Shown in pieces: positions 36,064 to 49,828 of a stretch of 64,000 nt of DNA. The notes beneath the pieces are model-generated. The model ran no database searches. It was not told the DNA's origin and saw only the letters and a program-made list of their open reading frames with translations. The position numbers and the translations under genes are program-made. Origin of the DNA: Saccostrea cucullata (Eukaryota). Location: the NCBI RefSeq assembly GCF_032062105.1, contig NW_026926499.1:186001-250000 (forward strand), written 5' to 3'. The stretch's first letter is position 1; the number at the start of each line of letters is the position of its first letter.

Positions 36064-36803
36064 TATTTAAGCAATTGAAGCTACAGACAGTCACGCATTG
36101 TTCACCAATATTCATAAAATTTGTCGAGACATTTCATGTACTCATAATGTCGAGACTTATTTCACGGACCTCTTTTTTCATTGAGGAATAACTTTATTTC
36201 CAAAAATATCAGGGACAAATATATAGGGCTTCTCCACTGTATAAAACTTTGACAAAAACAAAAGAAGAAACTCATCTTGTTGGGTGCGGTTAGGTAGCAC
36301 CAGGCAAGGGCATATTTATTTTCAACATTACTTTAAACATATTTTATTGGATAATACAATAGGAATTGGACAACATGCAAGACCTATGTACACCCTCTCC
36401 TTGTATGATAGGTCAAGATACAGATATTAAATAATAATACTTGTACATGATAAATCAATAAGGTTAAAATGAAAAAATAAAGATTCACAATCTAATAATA
36501 TTCATCAATATTATATAAAAAAAGCATGGCAATCCCCTAACTGTATACAAATTATTTACATACTGTTCCAGCTTTAAAATGATACATATATTTAGAAAAA
36601 AATTATGCATTTAATAGAGAATTTATTATTACAATGTTCTTAATTTAGTCAACATTTCTAACATTATCCCAACCCCCATCCCCTCACACACTTTTTCTGT
36701 TTAAAAAAAACTCAGCATAGATAAACAAGAAACTAGGTCTGCTGCATTTATCGAATATTTGGTCTAAAATACATTTAAAACATCAAAATAAGAAATAAGG
36801 TAT

Positions 36804-37050
36804 CAGGCGCGGATCAAGGAATTGAAGTTAGAGGGGGCGCCAAAAGTAGGCAGCTGGTCTGGGGCCGCCTTGAGGCCCCCAGATGGTCCAGATTCTTTTT
36901 TTTTAAAGCTCCTGGATTCTAGAGCTTTTGTAGGGTACAGATGAGGTCTACCGAGTAGACATTTTGACATTTTCCCGACGGAACTATGATTTACGCTAAC
37001 TTTGACAATTCTAGGGGAGCGCCGGGTGCGCCCCCTTAAATTCGCCACTG
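36804..37050. mobile_element. MITE shared by copies 2 and 3 (also 44430-44693), absent from copy 1
   Basis: caggcgcggatc...aattcgccactg, GC-rich ends; empty site at ~29190. Confidence 0.6.
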
Positions 37051-37127
37051 TGTATTCTAGGCAAAGGAATAAGTCGGAATAAGTCATCAACTGCAACTCT
37101 ATCTCAACACAAATATAGATCTATCAA

Positions 37128-38454
37128 TCATGAAATGGACATGTTTTCTAGTGATTTATTTACATCACGCAGACGTTTCTTCCCGCCATGTCTGTGACGA
37201 GAGTAGCAGGTGGTTGCTGGAAACCGATGACGAAGACGCTTCCTGTCGCCTCGCTTTAGACGTCTCTTGATTTTACACGGAACTCTAGAAATTGAAAAGA
37301 AGTCTGGCAGACTATCTGGAGATTCCTCCTTTACTGCTTCCGCTCTTTTACAACATTTTATTCTGTCCCAGCGTGGATTTGTTTGATGTGTATTGTGATG
37401 TGTGAGACTATCACGTTTGTTTAAAACAATCACTTCTGTACCGTACAACCCACTCAAATTTTCCTCAGAGAATTCTGAAAAAGAGAAAATATTTAAATTA
37501 ACCAATAAAAAGACAGATCAAGATTTTTTTCTTGATCTTTTAATGAGGAAGGTTGTGTTAGCACAGGCACTTAATTTGGTCTGGAACCCCCCCCCTTTTT
37601 TTTCATAATTTTTGGCCTTTCTTAATCTGGGGTCGACATATCCTTTTCCTATTTTTGCATTCTAACATGCACTGCATGATATCGATAATGTACATCATAT
37701 AATCCTCCTAGTTGTTTTTTTAATATATAATTTTCGACTGATTATACCTAAAAAATGAGATGTTATATTTTCTCGTCGTCTGCCTCACTTCTTACTGTCT
37801 AAAACGAAACAAAATATGGAATGTGCATACATCAATTTCATAACATATTCATTTTTGTCTTTCCATGAAGTGCCAACAATTAATCAAAATTGCTATATTT
37901 CGATTAAATCACTCGCATCTAGGATAAAGTTAATTTGGTGTGCGAGAGTGTTTTCGAGGGGTACATTATCATGAGGCAATTTTTGAAGGAGGGATAAAAC
38001 ATTAGATAGAGTTTCTTAGTTAGGTATACCTGTTATATAGATATTGAGATCCTCCTGAGTTCTGTAGGTGATCGCTTCATTCAGCTCTTCTTGGGAGGAA
38101 AGCGTAATCATATCTCCATCACTGTCTGTAATTTTTTATTTTTTAAATCTCAGTTTTTTTTATATAATAATATTACATAACCTCCACTAAACATATGAGT
38201 CATTTACATTTTCAAAGATTATCATAAAAATATATCTGGTTTGAAAACAAAAAAACAACGAAATTAAGATATTGTTTATTTATGGATTGTACTATTTATA
38301 GTTCTGTTTACATACCTTTCCATTGAAGAGTGTACCTCTGTATATGAGGAAAATTTTCTTTGATTAATGACACCATTGATGTAAATTCTGGACTCCCCTC
38401 GACAAAATCAATTACATGAAATATACCTTTTTCTGATATAATATTTACTTTCAT
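37128..38454 (-). CDS. Small PB1-domain protein, copy 2 (193 aa); exons 38454-38316, 38125-38030, 37474-37128
   Basis: Same exon lengths as copy 1 (139/96/347 nt), intact frame and splice sites. Confidence 0.85.
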
Positions 38455-39108
38455 TTTCCACGTGTTTACAAGTATTTATTTGAGTGTTTATAAAATTATT
38501 CAGTTCTTTTTACTAACAAATGTAAATCAATGTAATTTTCCTAAAAAGGTATAAGCGTCAATAAGTGCGCTTTTGCGCCAACAGGCGCTTTTATAGGGCG
38601 CTAATAATAGTCATGTGATTAATTCTAAAAATATCAAGAATGTTCTAAATCTTGTACTTCCGCCAACCCACACGTAATGAATATTTAAATTAGCATGTCT
38701 TCTAAGTCATTATATCTTAATTTTTAGGCATTATCTTCAATGTATTATGTGATGATTTAATTAAACCGATATTTCTGCAACTTTAGCTAGCAGGAAAGTA
38801 ATGTAATTAAAGAAATATTGTTTATTAAACTTTGTGAATAATGAATATTAATGATACGTGAACTTACCATGACCCCTCACGTGACTCGATTACGAAATAC
38901 CAATCACATGACTAACCACTCGGCGCCTATATAAAGGCGCCCAAAGCGCCATTGAGCATGGAAGCGCCCAGGTGAATATTTTGATAGCAGCTGAACGTAT
39001 AAGACTATCAAATTCCTAAAAGGTACTGGTACAAACTTTCTTGTTAACGGAAAATAATTGAAGGTGTTATTATTTGTTTGTAAACAAAACCACGTGTATC
39101 AACAAATA

Positions 39109-41758
39109 ATGCTGAAAGTGAAAGTCACCCTGATGTCTGCCGGAGAGCCAGAAATACGACGAACGACGCTGGAAAATGATCCGGATTTTGCTGAATTAGA
39201 GAGAAAAGTGTCAGAGTTGTTCGGCGAAACGACTGGATCTTTTACGTTCCATTGGAAAGGTAAAATCAGTCATTTTATGTTTGACTTATAATCCTCATTT
39301 AATTAGTAGTGTAGACTGCCTTTTCCCACTTTAACATAATTGCAATGAGATAGAAAGGAACCGATTGTAAGTGAAAATACTGCCTAAATAACATAGTAAA
39401 TTTGAAACCATTAACATGTGTTGTATAAAAAGCGGATTTTAAAAAGTTGTGAAAATCTCTCCAGACACTAAAAATTCCTTTCTCCAGACACTAAAAATTC
39501 CTATAAAAATGATAAGTGTGTCACCTCTTATAAAATATGAAGGAATATGACAACCCACTTCTCTAGTTTATGAAAAGAGTTATCTATATTTCCCCAAACA
39601 ATTGTTTTCCCCATATATCAGTATTTATTCTATATTATTTTGAAATGAATGGAATGGAATTTATTAAAATAAAACACTTTGATTAAATTTTTAGATGATG
39701 AGGGTGATTTTATCACGATGTCGAGTTCTGAGGAGTTTCAAGAGGCGAAGAAAAGCGCAACCGAGGAGACCCTGAGAATTTTTCTTCGTAGAATCGAAGG
39801 TAAATGCTTCACCGACTTTCAAATGAATTTAGGCATATTGCTTTGAGTTTTTTTTCTGAATAAAAAGCCCTCTTTATTTATGTGTTTCTTAATACAATTT
39901 TGTATTTTGTAGATCTTTCCAAACCGGAAGGGGACATGAAATTTAATGATGATAATCCTGGTAATGAAAAGGTAAGCTTATAATGTCTAGAGTGTGCTTC
40001 GGTCCGTTGACGGATGTTTTTCTTAGTTTTTACTCGTTCTGCAAGAGATCGAATACATTTTCTGACATAAACGATTTGAAAAACGAACAACATAACCTTT
40101 TATGTCAATTTCCAGTTAGAATCCTCCTCCCTGAGATTTCTTATTAGTAATCTAAACATTTAGAATTTCAATCCTAATTTTATTTTTAAAAATATTTTTC
40201 TAAATTGAAGGAAAAGTTGACTCCGGAAGAATATGGAACCAGGAGATGGGGGCGCCGCCGACGTTATTGGAGAGGATTGGGTCAAGGTCAGGGTCCACTG
40301 CCACTTCGTAGGTTCAGACAAGCCGAGCAACACCCGGAGAATGATGAACCTCTCTCTGAAAGGAGGATGAGAAGGTTTATGCGTCGCAAATTTGAGAACC
40401 GTGAAAGATTTGATCAACCTGGTGATAGCATCGATCGATTCCGAATCGGATGTGGCAGTCGTCAGAATTCAATGTCCAGTGAAGGCTGCCATGAAAAGCC
40501 TGGCTCTTGTTGCCGATGGAACGGGAACTACTGGCGTCGGAGGTGCAATCAGCGTTCTGCCCGACATTTTAGAGAGAGGTTGGATGATGCATATATGGCG
40601 CGCGGTAGTTGCCGCTCAAGAAGGAGAAATCGGGAATGTTGTCTAGGGAAAAGATGTGGCAAGCGAGCTAATTCGGCTTCACCTACTCGTCATTTTGGAA
40701 GAAATCTTAACGATTTCGGAATAATGATGCATGGAAAAAGATGCAGACGGTCAACATCCGTCCCTGTGTGTAGGCGGGAAAAAGATGACGAGATTCAAGC
40801 TTCTCCGAGATACAGACACCGTAGATTCCAAAATGCAAAAATATGGCTCAAGATCAAGGAAGACGGTTCTGTCTGCAAATCTTTTACTGATTCCACCTGT
40901 GGAGAAGAGAAGAGGTGTCTTGGACGGCGCCGTAAAAGCTATCGAAGAAGAGCAGCTATGCTTGCAAATGAAATGTCACAGAACGTCAATGATCCTGCTT
41001 CCAAGAATAAACATGACGAGGAACCTGAAATTTCAGAACTTGTTGAAACAATGACCCTTGAGGAGGATAAAGAGGGTACTGAAGAATCGGATGTAGGGAC
41101 AAAGAGCACTGAGGAGAGTAAAGAAGGCACCGAAGAAAGAGACACAGGAACAGGTGTCAGTAGAAGGAGAAATTGCAGATACCGTCGATATCGTGGCGGG
41201 GATGACGAAACAGATGAGAACCAATCAGGGGAGACAAGCAAAAAGAAGTATCACTGCAAGCACAGATGTGGGCGCAAAAGGCACTCTAGTGAAGCTCAGG
41301 AAACCCCCGCCAAAGTCCGTGAAATGACTGAAGAGGATGAAATGGAAACAAAACGACAAAGGAAATGCAAAATAAAGGTACACCATCAATCTACGGATAG
41401 AGATGGTTCCACAAAATGCAGAAATACTAAAGAACACGGCATACGAATCCTCACTTTGAAAGTTCGAATGAATGACGATGGAATGAGGCCCAGAAAACTA
41501 GCACGGAAACTTGACAAGATTCTCAACCAGTACAGTGCAGATCAAGGAAACAAACTGTGGGGAAGAAGATGTGGACGAGAATTCCGGGGAAGATCGCGTG
41601 GGCACGACTTCGAGCGTCAGCATCGAAGAAGGCTGCGTCGTCAAGGATGTCGTCAGGAAAGAGTCCGTTTTCTGTCGCCCGAATTTCCACGGAATGTCGG
41701 AGAGATTATTACATCTTGTGGACCGAGAAGAATGCGTCCACGTGACTGTCCGTGGTAG
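39109..41758 (+). CDS. Large PB1/Arg-rich protein, copy 2 (620 aa); exons 39109-39259, 39695-39799, 39913-39971, 40211-41758
   Basis: Same exon lengths as copy 1 (151/105/59/1548 nt), intact. Confidence 0.88.
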
Positions 41759-42565
41759 ATGATCCCCGACAAACGAAATCGAAATGGACGCACGTTTTCT
41801 TTTTATTTTAAAGCTATTACTCATATCTAACATTAGGTTTTGTGTGCTTTTTTATGGATTTGATATGAAAGGTATAACGTTAAACATATTGTGATTGTAT
41901 TTTTTTTTCAAATATTAGTAAAATTATCTACTGTTTTCTCTTGAAAAAAAATAAATTAATGTTCATATACAGAATTTTTGTTTTTAATATCAACAGCCAT
42001 ACTGCATGCTTGATAGACATTGCAGAATATGATTGATTTTTAAAAGATGCATGTGCACTTCATTGCATTTAAAAATTCATTGCATTTATATATTAAGTTA
42101 CTTTTTAATGGGTTGTTGGATTGTTATTTTGCTTGATTTTGTGCTAGAATTTATCAAATATTCTTATTATTAACGTCACAAGTACATCAATGCCGCAGTA
42201 TATAGAATTTTTAAAAGATGTTCATAGTTTATATTAATGTTTTCCCATCTCTTGTCTTTTTCTTGTGAATAAAAATTTACTATAATGTACGTAATAAACG
42301 TGTCACTAGTATTTATTGTTATTTATTTTATTGAGGATAAATACCCGTCTCTGAAAAGTCTCTTGAACACAGAATACGGACAAAAAAAGTGGTATCGAGT
42401 GACCATGATACATAAAACGGTACTACGTACGTACTATACATTTATTCTGGGAAAACCTCTTTAAGGATGAGGAACATTAATTCAAAGATCGTCCCAAAGT
42501 AAGAACAACAATTTCAGACTCAAATTCCTCATGGGCAAATAAATTGAGTAAGACTGGGTGAGTTA

Positions 42566-43143
42566 ATTATGCGCCCGGATCGGTAGATACGAGGCGTATA
42601 TTGTTTTTGTCCTGTATGTTTGTCTGTTTATCTGTTTGTCTGTCTGTCTGTTGTCAACTTTACCCTTCGCCATAACTTTTGAACCATGAGAGATAAAGAC
42701 TTCATATTTGGTATGCATACTCCACCAATGAAGCTCTTTCAAATGACATCAAGGTCAATGACCATGTGACCTTGACTTTGACCTATATGCCAAAAATAGC
42801 TTTTTCGAACTTTTGCCATAACTTTTGAACCATGAGAGGTAGAGACTTCATACTTGATATGCATACAACACTAATAAAGTTCTTTCAAATGACATCAAAG
42901 TCAATGACTTTGTGACCTTGCCTGACCAATATGCTAAAAATAGCTTTTCAGAACTTTCACCATAACTTTTGAACCTTGCGAGACATAGACTTCATATTTG
43001 GTATGCTTACTTCACTAATTAAGCTCTTCCAAATGACACCAAGGTCAATTACCTTGTGACCCTGACTGTGATTTATCTGCTAAAAATATTTTTTTGAACT
43101 TTGTTGCCGCCGGGCGCGTAGTGTTTCACAAACACATCTTGTT
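42566..43143 (+). mobile_element. HINE/DINE-1-like element with (TCTG)n microsatellite and three ~146-bp core repeats (private to copy 2)
   Basis: Microsatellite 42610-42652; ccataacttttgaacc at ~42670, ~42815 and ~42960; terminal stem gtgtttcacaaacac followed by atcttgtt. Confidence 0.75.
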
Positions 43144-44906
43144 TTTCGTTTAATATCACTAAAAAAAACTTCAAATCGTAGGAGGGAGGGAAGAAAACAA
43201 ATTTAACAACCAAGAATTTCGAAGGAGCATTAACTCATTTTATGTAAAAACACCACAATTTGCAACAATTTCACAAGTATATGAAAGTTTCCCACAAATT
43301 GAAGTACTATGAGGTCCGTAAAAAGCAATTTCAGTTTGGGGAGGTGGGATAAAACTTTTTTTTTCATTCTGGGAGCGTTCCTTAAGATGATATTCAGTCC
43401 TAATTTTTATATGTAAGGTGGGAAAAGGATAAATGAGCTTCTCACTAGAAAATAGTTTAATTGTTTGGTTTGCGGGTTGCTCCATGCGAAGGAACTTTTA
43501 GTTAGGATACTTTGGTACCAGGCTCAATTACAGAGGAACTATTTTTCGACCACAGAATATTTTTGTTATGGATTTTTTTTTGCGAAAAATGTTGTTGTCA
43601 TAATTATTATACTTTAGTATTTTATTATAATAATAGGAACTTTGCTCTTAAAATACTTTATTCACAAATTGAATTGAATTTTTAAGCAATTGAAGCTACA
43701 GACAGTCACGCCTTGTTCACCAGTGGTCATAAAAAATATCGAGACAATTCATGTACTCATAATGTCGACTGTCGAGATTTATTTCACGGACCTATTCTTT
43801 TTTATTTTAATGAGGAATAACTTTATTTCCAAGAATATCAGGGACAAATATTTAAGGCTTCTCCACTGTATAAAACTTTGACAAAAACAAAAGAAGAAAC
43901 TCATCTTGTTGGGTGCGGTTGGGTAGCACCAGGTAAGGGCATATTTATTTTCAACATTACTTTAAACATATTTTATTGGATAATACAGTGAGGATTGGGC
44001 AACAGGCAAGGCCTATGTACATCCTCTCCTTGTATAATAGGTCAACATACAGATATTAAATAATAATACCTGTACTTAATAATCAATAAGGTTAAAATGA
44101 AAAAAAAAAAAAGATTCACAATCTAATATTATTCATCAATATAAAAAGCATGACAATCCCCTAACTGTATACAAATTATTTACAAACTGTTCCAGCTTAA
44201 AAATAATACATATATTTAGGAAAAAAATTATGCATTTAATACAGTATTTATTATTACAATGTTCTTAATTTAGTCAACATTTTCAACATTATCCCAGCCC
44301 CGATCACCTCACACACTTTTTCTGTTTTAAAAAACACAGCATAGATAAACAAGAAACTAGGACTGCTGCATTTATTTAAAAAATTTGGTCTAAAATACAT
44401 TTAAAACATCATAATAAGAAATAAGGTATCAGGTGTGGATCCAGGAATTGAAGTTAGAGGAGGCATCAATTTAAATGTAGGCAGCTGGTCTGGGGGCCGC
44501 CTTGAGGCCCCCAGTGGGTCCAAATTCTTTCTTTTTTTTTAAAGCCTCTGGATTCTAGAGATTTTTTAGGGTAAAAAAATGAGGTCTACCCAGTAGGCAT
44601 TTTTTTTTACATTTTCCCGACGAAACTATGATTTACGCTAACTCTGACAATTCTAGGGTTGCGCCGGGTGCGCCCCCCTTTATTTCGACACTGGGTACTG
44701 TATTCTAGGCAAAGGAATAAGTCGGAATAAGTCATCAACTGCAATTCTGTGTCAACACAATTATAAATCTATCAATCATGAAATACACATGTTTTCTAGT
44801 GATTTATTTACATCACGCAGACGTTTCCTCCCTCCATTTCTGTGACATAGGTAGCAGATGGTTGCTGGAAACCGATGACGAAGACGCTTCCTGTCGCCTC
44901 GCTTCA

Positions 44907-44998
44907 CATCATCGGAAACCCACGGTCGATCTCGCTTCTCTTACCTAAGAGGTAAGAAAGGTAAGAGAAGCGAGACCGACCGTGGGTTTCCGACGATG
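44907..44998. mobile_element. 92-bp hairpin insertion in exon 3 of small PB1 gene copy 3
   Basis: catcatcggaaacccacggtcgatctcgcttctcttacct / aggtaagagaagcgagaccgaccgtgggtttccgacgatg; replaces 10 bp (gacgtctctt) present in copies 1 and 2. Confidence 0.85.
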
Positions 44999-45998
44999 GA
45001 TTTTACACGGAACTCTAGTAATTGAAAAGAAATCCGGCAGACTATCTGGAGATTCCTCCATTACTGCTTCCACTCTTTTACAACATTTTATTCTGTCCCA
45101 GTGTGGATTTGTTTGATGTGTATTGTGATGTGTGGTACTATCACGTCTGTTTAAACCAGTATCTTCTGTACCGTACAACCCACTCAAATTTTCGTCAGAG
45201 AATTCTGAAAAAGAGAAAATATTTAAATTAACCAATAACAAACACAGATCAAGATTTTTTCTTGATCTTTTAATGAGGAAGGTTGTGTCAGCACAGGCAC
45301 TTTGGTTTGAACCCCCCTTTTCCATAAAATTTTTGGCCTTTCTTAATCTGGGGTCGACATATCCTTTTCCTATTTTTGCATTCTAACTACATTACATGAT
45401 ATCGATAATGTACAAATAACCCTAAAAGTTTTGTTTGTTTTTTTTAATATTTCATTTTCGACTGATTATACATAAAAATTGAGATGTTATATTTTCTCGT
45501 CGTCTGCCTCACTTCTTATTGTTTAGAACGAAACAAAATATGGAATGTGCATACTCTACATTAATTTTATAACATATTCTTTTTCGTCTTTCCATTAAGT
45601 GCCAACAATTAATTAAAATCTATATTTCGATTAAATCACTCGCACCTAGTATAAAGTTAATTTGGTGTGCGAGAGTGCCCATTATTTTCAAGGTGTACAT
45701 TATCATGAGGCAATTTTTTAAGAAGAGATAAAACATTAGATAGAGTTCCTTAGTTAGGTATACCTGTTATATAGATATTGAGATCCCAGGAGGTTCTGTA
45801 GGTGATTGCTTCATTCAGCTCTTCTTGGGAGGAAAGCGTAATCATATCTCCATCACTGTCTGTAATTTATTTTTTTTTTAAATCTCAATTTCTTTTTATA
45901 TAATAATATTTACATAACCTCCACTAAACATAAGATTCATTTACATTTTCAAAGATTGTCATCAAAATATATCTGGTTTGAAAACAAATTTATGCACC

Positions 45999-48969
45999 TG
46001 TAACGTTTTTTCTATGGGGTGTTTGTTGTTACCCGCGTCACAAGATATTGTGGATCCCGTGTATAAAGTCAGGAACTCTAGATCTTTATAAATCTAACGT
46101 AAGAACAACACCAGAGTTCGTTTCAACGAGTGTATTAACAATATCCAAGAGTAGTTTTACAAATCAAATCCAAGCTATGTATATCAACTCACTAACTCTC
46201 TCCCCTTATATACCCTGTCTGACACCTAACGTGATTTAGGGCACCTAGTTAGGGCATTAGGCTCCATCGTTAGGGCACCTGTTAGGGCGTTAGGCTGCAT
46301 CATTAGGGCACCTATTAGGGCAATCGGCTCCAAGTATTAGGGCCTCTGCACCATCGTTAGGTGTCAAGACACTTGATACAATTAGGGCATCTGATAAGCG
46401 CCATAATTAGGACACTAATTAGACTTCCAAGATAAGGGCACTAATCAGGTACCATGGTTAGGGCTCATCAGATAAACAAAATCCCTATCGCTGTTTCATT
46501 TATAACAATAACATATTTTCATACATAAACAAAAACATTACATTGGTCCCTCCTTTTGAAACATGACTTCCATTGTCATCAATATTTAAAACATGAACAT
46601 GAGTTATACGTAAAATCACATTATGCAAATAAAAAAAAATTGCCCAATACACAAAAGCCAAACAATCAATAAAACGACAAAAAGTAAAACAACAAAATTA
46701 TATCAAATAAAAATGTCACTAGATTAAATCAAAAGTTTATCACACTGGTAGCTTCACATTTGGATTTCCCTGGCCTTATTTTCAACATTTTCTCTTCCCT
46801 TTTTCCTGATTTAGGATTTTCTTCCTTAGGTTTTAGGCCGTATAAAGTTGACTGACACCTGACCTGCGGCATCAGTCATCTTAGTTAATATAATTCCTTA
46901 CAGTTCTCTTTTCAACACAATTATGGTCTTGAGAACTGTCACTTTGTTGAAGTCTTCCTCCTTCTCTCTGGTTCCACGGGTTGTAAGGGCGTCCCCTCCT
47001 CCCTGGTCCTGTACTGGTACATGCACTTGGGGTTCTCATATTATTATAGATACTGTTGCATCCGTCACCCGCGCTTGGAGGTTTGGCAGTATCCGCAGCT
47101 GCTATTTCATTATTCCATTCCCCATCTTCGATCTCATACACAGGCTTATAGCCTGGTTTTGTCTCCTTTGGCAATTCTTTTTCCCCAATCCGCAAGCACT
47201 CTTCTTGCATTGCATTAAGAACTGCTTCTTGAAGTGTCCTAGGTCTGGTCCGTTTCACTGCGAGTCCAAAATCCTCAGATTATCCACACTTATCTAAGAA
47301 GGACTGTATAGCATTTTCTTCAACTAAATCTGGATTTCCTGGATAGGCCCTTCGGTACAAATCTTCGATGGCCTGTCCTAAATCTCGCAGGGACTCGCCC
47401 GGTAGTCTTCTTCTCAAATTGGCGTCTGCAATATACCTTTCTTTCATTGCAGAATGCCCGAATCTTTGGTTCATCTTATCCTTAAGTTGCTCATAGTCTT
47501 TCTGTACAGTAAGGGGCATTCCATATGCATAGCTCTCGGCTTGTCTTCGCAAGGTGCTAAGCAAAACTCTGCGAGATTTCTCGGGTCCCCATGAGTTAAT
47601 TCTGAGATGTTTTCAAAATAGTGTAAAAACTCATCCCAAACATCATCATTGGCCCCTGAGAAGGTCCTCCTTACTGGATATTCGTTGGTTCGTTGACCAG
47701 CATTTGGTGTCATAGGACTGTTTTTAGGTGTCCCGTCAGCCATAGGAAATTCAAGATTGCACCCAAGTCCCTGAAGAGACTGATTGCCCAAATAAGGAGT
47801 AGCGCGTCCAGATTGCCCCAAAACCTTAGGTTCCTGATAGGTACCTTTAGGGGCGTTAGGTGCACTACCACCAGTATAGGGTGTATCACTGGGTATCAAA
47901 GAAATTTCCCTTTCCTTACTGGCATTTGGCAGACCGGATCCTCCATACCTCCATATTACTCTGATTACCGTAACAAGCAATAACATGCTCGTTATCGCTA
48001 CTAGAGAAATTACTGCATTTTCTTGAGATTCCTGCACGATCTCGTTTTCTGGAAAATAGATCCAGGTCATCACCATCAGGGAGTATCCCATCAAAGCAAA
48101 GAGTACCCAAATAAATAGGATTCTCTTTAAGCTTGGCCTTAGATTGTACTCGTTTTGAACAGAAAGACCCTGCGAATTTTGCCCGAACTCCTGAAAGTTA
48201 GGATTGTCTGGCATTACTCGACTTGTGGGCTGCAAACTTGTTCTACACCCCGCATCGACCTCTATTCCAGAGTCATTCAGAGGAGCTGGACTGGTGAAGT
48301 ACTGTCCTACCTTTCTAGGCGTAATTCTCCTCCTTACGATGGGTGTCTCCATTTCAAACTTTGTGTTGTCTCGTTCCTGTGTTACACGTAGAATAATTTC
48401 TATGGATCCCACCACTGCCACCAATTGTAACGTTTTTTCTATGGGGTGTTTGTTGTTACCCGCGTCACAAAATATTGTGGATCCCGTGTATAAAGTCAGG
48501 AACTCTAGATCTTTATAAATCTAACGTAAGAACAACACCAGAGTTCGTTTCAACGAGTGTATTAACAATATCCAAGAGTAGTTTTACAAATCAAATCCAA
48601 GCTATGTATATCAACTCACTAACTCTCTCCCCTTATATACCCTGTCTGACACCTAACGTGATTTAGGGCACCTAGTTAGGGCATTAGGCTCCATCGTTAG
48701 GGCACCTGTTAGGGCGTTAGGCTGCATCATTAGGGCACCTATTAGGGCAATCGGCTCCAAGTATTAGGGCCTCTGCACCATCGTTAGGTGTCAAGACACT
48801 TGATACAATTAGGGCATCTGATAAGCGCCATAATTAGGACACTAATTAGACTTCCAAGATAAGGGCACTAATCAGGTACCATGGTTAGGGCTTATCAGAT
48901 AAACAAAATCCCTATCGCTGTTTCATTTATAACAATAACATATTTTCATACATAAACAAAAACATTACA
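45999..48969 (-). mobile_element. Non-autonomous gag-only Ty3/Gypsy-type LTR element; LTRs 45999-46542 and 48426-48969
   Basis: 544-bp TG...CA LTRs with 2 visible mismatches; 4-bp TSD CACC; PBS tggtggcagtggtgggat (tRNA-Leu-like) at 48423-48406; PPT aaaaggagggaccaa; 1.9-kb interior without pol; empty site tgcaccaataaa in copy 1. Confidence 0.92.
46881..48352 (-). pseudogene. Disrupted gag-like ORF with two N-terminal hydrophobic segments (one frameshift ~47590, one stop 47282-47280)
   Basis: Capsid-like blocks FSGANDDVWDEFLHYFE..W, L.RQAESY, LKDKMNQRFG, RRRLPGESLRDLGQAIEDLYRRAYP, PRTLQEAV run across three ORF fragments. Confidence 0.75.
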
Positions 48970-49828
48970 CACCAATAAAAACAACGAAATTAAGATATTC
49001 TGTTTATTTATAGATTGTACTATTTATAGTTCTTTTTACATATACCTTTCCATTGAAGAGTGTACCTCTGTATATGAGGAAAATTTTCTTTGATTAATGA
49101 CACCATTGATGTAAATTCTGGACTCCCCTCGACAAAATCAATAGCATGAAATATACCTTTTTCAGATATGATATTTACTCTCATTTTCCACGTGTAAGTA
49201 TTTATTTGAAAGTATAAAATTATTCAGTTCTTTTTACTAACAAATGTAATTCAATGTAATTTTCCTTAAAAGTATAAGCGTCAATAAGTGCGCTTTTGCG
49301 CCAACAGGCGCTTTTATAGGGCGCTAATAATAGTCATGTGATTAATTCTAAAAATATCAAGAATGTTCTAAATCTTGTACTTCCGCCAACCCACACGTAA
49401 TGAATATTTAAATTAGCATGTCTTCTAAGTCATTATATCTTAATTCTTAGGCATTATCTGCAATGTATTGTATAATGATTTATTTAAACCTATATTTCTG
49501 CATCTTTAGCTAGCAGAAAAGTCATGTAATTAAAGAAATATTGTTTATTAAACTTTGTGAATAATGAATATTAATGATACGTGAACTTACCATGACCCCT
49601 CACGTGACTCGATTACGAAATACCAATCACATGACTAACCACTCGGCGCCTATATAAAGGCGCCCAAAGCGCCGTTGAGCACAGAAGCGCCCAGGTGAAT
49701 ATTTTGATAGCAGCTGAACGTATAAGACTATCAAATTCCTAAAAGGTACTGGTACAAACTTTCTTATTAAAAGAAAAAAATTCAAGTTATTATTTATTTG
49801 TAAACAAAACCACGTGTATCAACAAATC

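Larger units (their letters stand above)
44776..49184 (-). pseudogene. Small PB1-domain gene copy 3, truncated allele or pseudogene; exons 49184-49046, 45859-45764, 45204-44776 (premature stop at 44947-44945)
   Basis: PB1 exons intact; LTR element in intron 1; hairpin insertion ends the frame as KIHRRKPTVGLASLTFLTS* before the Arg-rich tail. Confidence 0.75.

Noticed and set aside
46048-46239. Identical 63-aa ORFs at 46048 and 48475 as a gene pair
   Set aside because: They lie within the two LTRs, begin at TTG and have no coding features
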